Shown here: positions 1 to 6,478 of the stretch, piece after piece
Numbering within the stretch: the first letter of the stretch is position 1
Layout of the letters: every line of letters starts with the position of its first letter
Assembly: GCA_048881705.1 (NCBI GenBank)
Contig: JBHLSH010000053.1
Span: 1 to 27,869 of the forward strand
Source: Candidatus Heimdallarchaeota archaeon
GTDB lineage: Archaea; Asgardarchaeota; Heimdallarchaeia; Hodarchaeales; Hodarchaeaceae
DNA: 27,869 nucleotides
Reading direction: 5' to 3'
Position numbers and translations under genes: made by a program
The notes under the pieces: model-generated
What the model saw: the letters and a program-made list of their open reading frames with translations, nothing else
Database searches by the model: none
What the model was told of the DNA's origin: nothing

Positions 1-192
1 CCGTTTTATATCTTTCAAGAGAAATTCGATCTTCCGATACTCTGGGGAGGATTGGGACATGGCACTCGAGCCCATTCACCTAATGAATATGCATTTCTAG
101 AAAGTAAGACCGGAGCAGGGGGCATTATGGAATTTGAGGTATCAGTGGCACGCTTACTCTCCAAAATCGGAGAAATCGGGAAATTGGGGTAG
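1..192 (+). CDS. 3' end of M20/M25/M40-family metallopeptidase (partial, runs off the left edge)
   Basis: Frame 1 is open from base 1 to TAG at 190-192 and reads PFYIFQEKFDLPILWGGLGHGTRAHSPNEYAFLESKTGAGGIMEFEVSVARLLSKIGEIGKLG*. The G..G.RAHSPNEY segment matches the C-terminal metal-ligand His motif (AH.PNE) of M20 peptidases. Not in the ORF track. Confidence 0.7.
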   Translation, partial: PFYIFQEKFDLPILWGGLGHGTRAHSPNEYAFLESKTGAGGIMEFEVSVARLLSKIGEIGKLG

Positions 193-376
193 CTTCAATC
201 GCTTAAGCTTCCAGCTCCACATCATGAATGGAACAGTTGATCTGATTATGAATTTTAAACCGCGTTTGGTATAGGGAATCTAAATTCTCTGTATATTTAA
301 AGAATTGGAAAAAGGGTCTTGGTTCGCAGTATGGAACATATAAAGCCCTCTTTTCAAATATTGCTAAGGTGATCTT

Positions 377-1111
377 GTGGTTGTCCGGGAGTTTTTGGTC
401 GTTCACGAGTATGGAACAGTGATCTTCCACCAACGCTATTCAAAGTCATCACAGGATATTGTGCTTCGTTCTGGATTGATTAGTGCCCTTTATAACTTTG
501 CCCAAGAGGTCGAACGGGACTCGATAGACGTTCTCCGAATGGAAAAAGTCTCCCTACTATTTAAAAAGAGAGATCTCTTGATTTTTGTACTGTTCTTCGA
601 TTCAACGGTGAATCCAGAGTGGTGTAAACAGGAAATCGATATACTTGCTAACAATTTTTTCATGGCGTTCCCTGATGTTCTCTGGAGTACTGAAATTGTA
701 AATCTATCACGATTTAAATCCTTTGACATGGATTCAGATCGGATTCTAACAGCATTAAACAGAAAGTTGGAATTGATTCTTTATCTGATCGAAGAAGGCC
801 TTATCACAGAAGAAGAGTATGAGGAATCGAATTTTCATACCCTAGGGCAGATTGTGGGTACGCGTCTTTTAGATAGATTCCATAACCAGTTTTCTTATGT
901 ACTGGGACAAGGAAGCGAACTTATTTTTTCCCAGATCGATCTCCTCCTTGATCTCCTTAATGCAACACACGTCCAACGACACGGATCAAAATATACGTTT
1001 GATTGCGCTCACTGCTTCCTGTGTGAAGACCGTCAGGACTGTTTTTTCAGTGGCGTAATGAGCCAAATACGAAAAATCCTTAATCTTGACCTGGAAACTT
1101 CTTTTTTGTAG
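377..1111 (+). CDS. Longin-domain + Bet3/TRAPP-like V4R-domain fusion protein (244 aa)
   Basis: GTG start preceded by AAGGTGA. The N-terminus (EFLVVHEYGTVIFHQRY...LRSGLISALYNFAQEV...IDVLRME) has the longin/sigma-like pattern. The C-terminus has LGQIVGTRLLDRF (Bet3-family G..[IV]G.RL.[ED] helix) and a Cys cluster C-x2-C-x2-C-x5-CFFSG, as in Zn-binding V4R domains. Confidence 0.72.
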   Translation: MVVREFLVVHEYGTVIFHQRYSKSSQDIVLRSGLISALYNFAQEVERDSIDVLRMEKVSLLFKKRDLLIFVLFFDSTVNPEWCKQEIDILANNFFMAFPDVLWSTEIVNLSRFKSFDMDSDRILTALNRKLELILYLIEEGLITEEEYEESNFHTLGQIVGTRLLDRFHNQFSYVLGQGSELIFSQIDLLLDLLNATHVQRHGSKYTFDCAHCFLCEDRQDCFFSGVMSQIRKILNLDLETSFL

Positions 1112-1211
1112 CAGAAACTCCATTGAATTATGTACACAAATAATGAAAGCCCTAATCCCGTTTGTCATTGCAACATATTTTTAAAGGTTGGCAGATCAAC
1201 CTAATCAACTC

Positions 1212-1281
1212 AAACATTGATCTGGCTCATGATGGTAACTAGGCAGATTAATCCACGAGTCATCTGTCTAGGTCAGTGTTT
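1212..1281 (+). promoter_or_regulatory. Candidate structured 5' leader (nested stems with G-U pairs) upstream of the Zn-ribbon gene
   Basis: 1212-1225 (aaacattgatctgg) pairs with 1268-1281 (ctaggtcagtgttt) over 14 bp with 3 G-U pairs. 1239-1248 (ctaggcagat) pairs with 1262-1271 (atctgtctag) over 10 bp with 1 G-U pair. A TATA-like TTTTTAAA at 1178-1185 would put the TSS near 1206-1211. Confidence 0.35.
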
Positions 1282-1307
1282 AACCTCTATACAAGCAAAG
1301 ACAAAAT

Positions 1308-1571
1308 GTGAGTAAATTGAGCGACCAACCTCCAAGCGATGATGAGTTATCAGCCGGCAAAGTGGGCTTGACTCATGTTGATACCAAAACTGCCACTTCT
1401 ACACGAAGATTAGTGCTTTCTTGTGTCAAGTGTGGTGAAACACAAGATTTTCCTATATGCCCCGAGTGTGGGGAGCCCATGGATCTTGAAGACGGGAAGT
1501 TCGCCCATCATGGAAACGAAGTTGCTATTTTTGAACACCACGGACAACCTATGCAACCAAAAATCGTGTAA
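1308..1571 (+). CDS. Small Cys/His metal-binding (Zn-ribbon-like) protein, 87 aa
   Basis: GTG start. Contains CVKC...CPECGEPM followed by HHGNEV...HHGQPM, a duplicated C/H-x-x-C/H-G-x-P-M knuckle pattern. Confidence 0.7.
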   Translation: MSKLSDQPPSDDELSAGKVGLTHVDTKTATSTRRLVLSCVKCGETQDFPICPECGEPMDLEDGKFAHHGNEVAIFEHHGQPMQPKIV

Positions 1572-1618
1572 TCTAGCTCATCTATAGGAAGAGCAAAACA
1601 GCGCTATCCAATCAATAC

Positions 1619-1639
1619 TTTTTTTCCCCTCGGGAAAAA
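1619..1639 (+). terminator. Possible terminator (T7 run plus 8-bp hairpin)
   Basis: TTTTTCCC-CTC-GGGAAAAA inverted repeat at 1621-1639, overlapping a T-run at 1619-1625, about 50 nt after the stop at 1571. Confidence 0.3.
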
Positions 1640-1696
1640 CTCCCTTTGTGTTCGTTATTTTTCCCTTAAACAGTATATGGTGCTTTTAAACTTTAA

Positions 1697-2266
1697 ATGG
1701 TAAGAATTATGAGAAGTCATAACTATGAGGGCCCGCGTTACAAGATTATCGTTGTTGGGGACGGTGGAGTGGGAAAAACAGCTATTCTTGAGCGCTTACT
1801 TGGTAGGGCGTTTCATAGTACCTATAAGCTGACTATTGGAGCTAATATTCTCACAAAAGAGCTTATCTTTAATGGAACTACTTTCAAACTCCAGATTTGG
1901 GATCTTGCTGGGCAGACTAGATTCACGATCGTACGATCGACATATTATTCTGGAGCTCATGCGGCGATGATGTGTTTTGACAGGAATTGGCCCCCTTCGT
2001 TCGAAAGCTTGCCAACATGGAAGAACGAAGTAGAATCGCATCTAGGGAGAAAGATTCCTCTTCTTCTGATTGGAAACAAAAATGATCTTCCTTCTCAAAT
2101 TACGCAAGATAAGATTGATGAGTACATAACGTCAGTTAATGCAAATCATCCGTGTACGATGCCTTATCTCTCAACCTCGGCAAAAACTGGAAGTAACATA
2201 AACCATGTCCTCAAAACGCTCGCTCAGCTTCTCATTAACTACAAAACGGGTGTAGTCCCAAGATAA
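1697..2266 (+). CDS. Rab-like small GTPase (189 aa)
   Basis: G1 GDGGVGKT, G2 T-IGANI, G3 WDLAGQ, G4 NKND, G5 SAK. Rab-like motifs KLQIW, RFTIV and YYSGA. No C-terminal Cys (ends GVVPR). Confidence 0.95.
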   Translation: MVRIMRSHNYEGPRYKIIVVGDGGVGKTAILERLLGRAFHSTYKLTIGANILTKELIFNGTTFKLQIWDLAGQTRFTIVRSTYYSGAHAAMMCFDRNWPPSFESLPTWKNEVESHLGRKIPLLLIGNKNDLPSQITQDKIDEYITSVNANHPCTMPYLSTSAKTGSNINHVLKTLAQLLINYKTGVVPR

Positions 2267-2355
2267 CTTATGTTTAACATTGCTAAATGTAAACCTTTTT
2301 GAACGGTTATTTTGTTGTTTTTTTTTGCATTTAGGGATGCAGGTGTGGTTCAGAT

Positions 2356-2850
2356 ATGGTTAATCTCGATGAGCTAAAAGATCGTATTCTAAGGGAATTT
2401 CCAGGTAAGATGGAGAAGGAAAATGTTCTCATTATGAGCGTCATTATGAAGGAAGTTGAACAGGGAAAACAACCTCCAAAAAGGGACGATATAGAAAGTG
2501 CAATCAAAGAACTAATTTCTGATGGAATCTTTGAAAAAAAGGATGGACTTTTAATCCTTAGAAAAGAAACTTTACATGCGGAATCTGTAGGACTTGCAGA
2601 GAAAGAGTCCAAAGAAGAAGTTCCGGTTTTTAATCCAACAAACTACCCACCAGATCAAGCACAAATCCTTTTGGCTTTTGGCCAGGCGAAGTACGAGAAT
2701 AGATCTGCTCTCATTATGGGAATCACGATGAAGGAACTCCAAAATGGAAACCAACCTCCAAGAAGGGGTGAAATCGAGCAATCGATTCAAGCCTTGGTTA
2801 AGAGTGGGGCATTAGAAGCCAAGGGGGAGATGCTGATTAGAAAAATCTAA
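2356..2850 (+). CDS. Protein with two tandem, probably winged-helix, repeats (164 aa)
   Basis: AGGTG RBS at about 2341. Gapless internal repeat LIMSVIMKEVEQGKQPPKRDDIESAIKELISDGIFEKKDGLLI vs LIMGITMKELQNGNQPPRRGEIEQSIQALVKSGALEAKGEMLI, 20/43 identical by hand count. The I..aI..L...G..e ending is typical of winged helices. Confidence 0.72.
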   Translation: MVNLDELKDRILREFPGKMEKENVLIMSVIMKEVEQGKQPPKRDDIESAIKELISDGIFEKKDGLLILRKETLHAESVGLAEKESKEEVPVFNPTNYPPDQAQILLAFGQAKYENRSALIMGITMKELQNGNQPPRRGEIEQSIQALVKSGALEAKGEMLIRKI

Positions 2851-2858
2851 TCCCTGAT

Positions 2859-3989
2859 TCATTCTGGGAAGGTAAGGGGGGGAGGACTAACCTTCGGATC
2901 TTTTCGTAGGAGAGCAATCCGGAACCCTAGGAAACTGGACTGACTATAGCCAATGGGAGAGGGAATAGTAGAAGGAAGTTTTCGGAGTGTCGAGGCCAAA
3001 ATTTCGGCACCAACGAGACGAGCACCGTATGCATCAGCGTGTATTTCGTCCAAAAACCGTTTATAACTCATATAAAAGGTTAAGCAGCCCGATGCAGAGA
3101 AGCTGAATAGAGAAAGCGATGCAAGTACCAAAAGAGATAGCGGATCGTGTAAAAGAGTTTCATTGCGTGAAGCGGCAATCGTATAGAGATTAACTCCATA
3201 TATCACACAAAAATAGCGAAATGTACGCAAAACGGTATCAAAAGAACCAAAAACGTAGTTTTTTCGGATGTGATGGTTCGCTAGATGCCCTTCCTCGTGG
3301 CTCAATACGGCGATAAGTTCTTCGTCATCAAGTTTCCATTGGAAATAGCGAGACACCAAGCAAATTCGTTTACGCCCGAGACTAGTTACCCCCGCAGAAA
3401 GGAAAAGCGATGCGGGCTGTATATCCGCAAATCGAAAATCGCTGAACAAATGACTCATGGGATGCCTCTGGATAATGTAGTCGATTATTTCAGGTTTGAG
3501 AGGTTCCCTTGCAGTCCGGAGAAGGTCTCCCTTGGATCGCATTGCGCGGAAGACAAGCAAGCCTTGAATGATAAACGAAAAACCAAGGCCAATTCCAAAA
3601 TAGACCCACAGGCGTGTCGGGTCGTGAAGTAAAGGGTTTAAGACAAGGCTATATACCACTCCAATGATGATCACCGAGTAAACCTGTTGTATCAAATAAA
3701 GGAAAATGTCCTGGATCGTTGGTTGGAAATGGAAATATGATGTAGATAGAGCAGCTCTTTTTAGGGTTCTAAAAGCCTGAAGATAAAAACCTAGCATAAA
3801 TAGGAAGAGCAGTGCAGAAAGAACAATCAGAACGATTAGAAATGTAGATTCAGATATGAAAAACCCGAGTAGCTGAACTCCACCTACTAAAAGAAGGGCG
3901 GGGAAAAAAACATATGCAATTATGTGCACCCAGTCACTTAGCGGTAAAAATATCCCATCACTATCACGCGATAATCTAGTTTGATCCAC
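2859..3989 (-). CDS. M48-family (HtpX/Ste24-like) membrane zinc metalloprotease (376 aa)
   Basis: GTG start preceded by AGGTGG. Four N-terminal hydrophobic helices, zinc motif LSHEEGH (HExxH), two more TM helices, and the third-ligand motif EIHADAYG. Confidence 0.88.
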   Translation of the reverse strand: MDQTRLSRDSDGIFLPLSDWVHIIAYVFFPALLLVGGVQLLGFFISESTFLIVLIVLSALLFLFMLGFYLQAFRTLKRAALSTSYFHFQPTIQDIFLYLIQQVYSVIIIGVVYSLVLNPLLHDPTRLWVYFGIGLGFSFIIQGLLVFRAMRSKGDLLRTAREPLKPEIIDYIIQRHPMSHLFSDFRFADIQPASLFLSAGVTSLGRKRICLVSRYFQWKLDDEELIAVLSHEEGHLANHHIRKNYVFGSFDTVLRTFRYFCVIYGVNLYTIAASRNETLLHDPLSLLVLASLSLFSFSASGCLTFYMSYKRFLDEIHADAYGARLVGAEILASTLRKLPSTIPSPIGYSQSSFLGFRIALLRKDPKVSPPPLTFPE

Positions 3990-4308
3990 TAAGTTACCAC
4001 CTGTATCTGATTTCCTCGGTAATAGTTCACCATATATTTTCTTGGATTTTGTCTTCGATTCGGAATGTTAATAACACCGAGACCCAAGTCACAATGGAAA
4101 GAGATTGCCAAGACGTTCTGGAATCCTTTAGAGCGTGAATAACTTCTAGTTTGTAATTGCCAGATTCTCCTTTTGTAACCCTAATCAAACGTTTTGTGCC
4201 ACTTGGATATGGTTATGAATTCCTTTTTGGAATATGATAAATAGGATTAGCTCGTGGTAGAGTCAGACCTCCAAAAATGTAACAGAACTCGATAGAGGCC
4301 ACTTCAAA

Positions 4309-5364
4309 GTGACTAAATTATCTGCTGCTGACCAAATCCGTAAAAAACAGCGTATTAAGGAGTTGTTAGCGGATATAGTTACTAATCTAAAGGATTATTT
4401 CGATGAACTACAGATGAAAAAATTTGGGGGAATCTCGAGGTACGTGGTATTAAATCGTGTTGATTCCATCGAAATGATAGGATCAAAAGGACTCAAGCTC
4501 GTGAAAGCAGAGTTTAATACGGATCTAGGATCTTTGAATCTTGCTATTGCCATCAAGAACTTTCAGACGTATGAAGAGGCTCTAAATAACAAAATTTTAA
4601 CCGAGCGATTGGTTGAACGACTACGGCATACAGGCATTTTGACTCCAAGAGTGATTTTCGAGTATGAAAAAACATTGGTATACGAAGGGATCCAAGGCAA
4701 ATCGTTTCATGATTCCTCTCTAGATGAGATGCTAAAATTAACACTTGCGGGAGATGCGATAGCCAGGTTTCATACACCTGAACTCCGTCCTGTAGATCCA
4801 GAGAGATACGTTTATTTAACAAAGAAGGTTCTCAAAGAACTCAAAATCTCAACAGATAGCAAGAATAGACTGGTTGAGAAGGGGGGAGCTCTTCTTGAAA
4901 GAATCTTACGTTACTCATCCGGAACTGCTGCTTTTGGTGATTTTCATCCCGGAAATCTCTTGTTTTCAGAAGAACGAGAGCAATATGTGCAACCGTGGCT
5001 AATCGATCCCGAATATGCCGAAGCTGCCCGTGCAGCTGACAGGTTTGAGGATATTGGAACCTTTTTTGTCAAAGCAGCGATTGATCATTTTCTGAAAGAC
5101 AATAATCTCCAGAGATTTCGAGAGAATCAAATTATCCCTTTCATCCAGGGTTATGATCATTTTCTGAATCATTATGGTCTTTCTATGTACGAAATCTATA
5201 AGGCAAACCAAGAAGAAGCATTATGCTTTCATCTTGGGCTAAGTACCCTTCTGGAGGCTCTATTCATTCAAAGACGGGTCGATCTAAATAATGAGATCGC
5301 TTTAAAAAGGTACACGGGATGTATTAAAACTTCCCTCCATATCTGGGACTCTGGCTTGAACTAA
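4309..5364 (+). CDS. APH/choline-kinase-like phosphotransferase (protein-kinase-like fold, 351 aa)
   Basis: N-lobe Lys (AIKNF), catalytic loop FGDFHPGN (HGDxxxxN-like), Mg-binding WLIDPE, downstream DRFEDIG. Confidence 0.8.
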   Translation: MTKLSAADQIRKKQRIKELLADIVTNLKDYFDELQMKKFGGISRYVVLNRVDSIEMIGSKGLKLVKAEFNTDLGSLNLAIAIKNFQTYEEALNNKILTERLVERLRHTGILTPRVIFEYEKTLVYEGIQGKSFHDSSLDEMLKLTLAGDAIARFHTPELRPVDPERYVYLTKKVLKELKISTDSKNRLVEKGGALLERILRYSSGTAAFGDFHPGNLLFSEEREQYVQPWLIDPEYAEAARAADRFEDIGTFFVKAAIDHFLKDNNLQRFRENQIIPFIQGYDHFLNHYGLSMYEIYKANQEEALCFHLGLSTLLEALFIQRRVDLNNEIALKRYTGCIKTSLHIWDSGLN

Positions 5365-5365
5365 T

Positions 5366-6265
5366 TCAACCTTCCTGCTTCATAGTATACAAATTATAAC
5401 ACGAAACTGGTTTGGGATTGTACTTTTTAAGAATCCGATCTGTTACTGAGTTTTTCTCTCCATAAACGCGGAGAGGGAGATCTGTCCATCCAATAGCAGC
5501 ACACTCTTTAGCAATAGCAATCACAAGCGGCTCCCATGCATTTTCATGACCTGGTCGCGTCGCGGTAAATCGTAGCATTATGTATTCTTCCTCCGTTGCC
5601 TCATCTTTCCATCTAAGAGGAGCGCTTGAACAAATGATCTGGTCTTCCCTGTCAAATACCAATACGCAGTGGCCATCTCTGAGAACTTTATTGGTAAAAT
5701 AGTCCTTTAACCAGGTACGAGAGAAATGACGTTTCATTTCTTTGTCTACTGATCCAAGTTCAACCAATAAATCGACATCATCTGGCGTAGCGATTCGAAC
5801 CGTATGTCCAACTCCTTCAGATGTATGACTACTCAGCGATTTAACTTCGAAATCGTAACAAAAACCCTCGGTGGTTAACTGAAATCCCTTCCGTTTGAAG
5901 AACTCTATTTGCTTCTCCCAGTCATCCAGAATCCAATAGCTGATTTGTTTCGGTTCTTTTTTCTTCACATACGCCAACATTTCATCGAAAAGAATATCCT
6001 GCACCTTTTCAGGGCATTCAGGATATGCCCAGGGATAGCCCAGTAGAACGTTTTTATCTTTGCTCACACGGGCCTGAATATACGCAAGGGGTTTTCCTTC
6101 CTCGGAGAAAGCGTAGCGAATAAATCGTGGATTAGTTTTTTCTTGACGATATCGATCTTTAATCTCCTCCGCGGTGGATTTAAAGCCCGTATTGTAATTA
6201 AAGATCTGAGCTTGGATCTCTTCTAGGCCTTCATTTGGCTTATAGAATTTATAGATGATCTTCAT
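5366..6265 (-). CDS. Tandem GNAT-fold acetyltransferase-like protein (299 aa)
   Basis: Two GNAT-like halves: LAYIQA...FFKRKGFQ in the first, and VRIATPDDVDLLVEL...FTATRPGHE...(L)KKYN in the second. ATG start, divergent from the sensor kinase. Confidence 0.72.
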   Translation of the reverse strand: MKIIYKFYKPNEGLEEIQAQIFNYNTGFKSTAEEIKDRYRQEKTNPRFIRYAFSEEGKPLAYIQARVSKDKNVLLGYPWAYPECPEKVQDILFDEMLAYVKKKEPKQISYWILDDWEKQIEFFKRKGFQLTTEGFCYDFEVKSLSSHTSEGVGHTVRIATPDDVDLLVELGSVDKEMKRHFSRTWLKDYFTNKVLRDGHCVLVFDREDQIICSSAPLRWKDEATEEEYIMLRFTATRPGHENAWEPLVIAIAKECAAIGWTDLPLRVYGEKNSVTDRILKKYNPKPVSCYNLYTMKQEG

Positions 6266-6462
6266 GGTATGCCCCGATCGATAAACCGTATTATCATATA
6301 TGAAAGGGTCAGGGTTGGTTTATAATTCTTTTTTTGTTGAGGCAAGCAATCCCTCTTTTGCAGCAATATCGGTGGGATTTGGAAAACCTTAAACGTCCAA
6401 GGTGAACTAGTAGGATTAAAACCAAGCCACGGACTAAGGCCGACTCCAAGAAAGGCCATTTT

Positions 6463-6477
6463 AAGGAGGATTCCTCC
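6463..6477 (+). promoter_or_regulatory. Strong Shine-Dalgarno (AAGGAGG) sequestered by an adjacent CCTCC hairpin
   Basis: Sequence aaGGAGG-att-CCTCC (6465-6469 pairs with 6473-6477), 9 nt upstream of an in-frame ATA at 6479. Confidence 0.45.
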
Positions 6478-6478
6478 C

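Noticed and set aside
203-1168. Minus-strand ORFs 203..433, 490..729 and 986..1168
   Set aside because: They are antisense shadows of the longin-V4R gene or intergenic DNA, with no motifs or RBS.
1229-1275. SECIS or C/D-box reading of the structured leader (AUGA at 1229-1232)
   Set aside because: There is no opposing GA for a kink-turn, box C is imperfect (ATGATGG), there is no plus-strand CUGA box D, and no adjacent gene has an in-frame TGA.
2859-3989. Idea that the Ste24-like M48 protease processes prenylated GTPases
   Set aside because: Neither Rab-like protein has a C-terminal Cys or CaaX motif, and M48/HtpX proteases are widespread quality-control enzymes.
4309-6265. Aminoglycoside-resistance cassette (APH + AAC)
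   Set aside because: Only fold-level motifs are present, the genes are convergent, and there is no mobile-element context.
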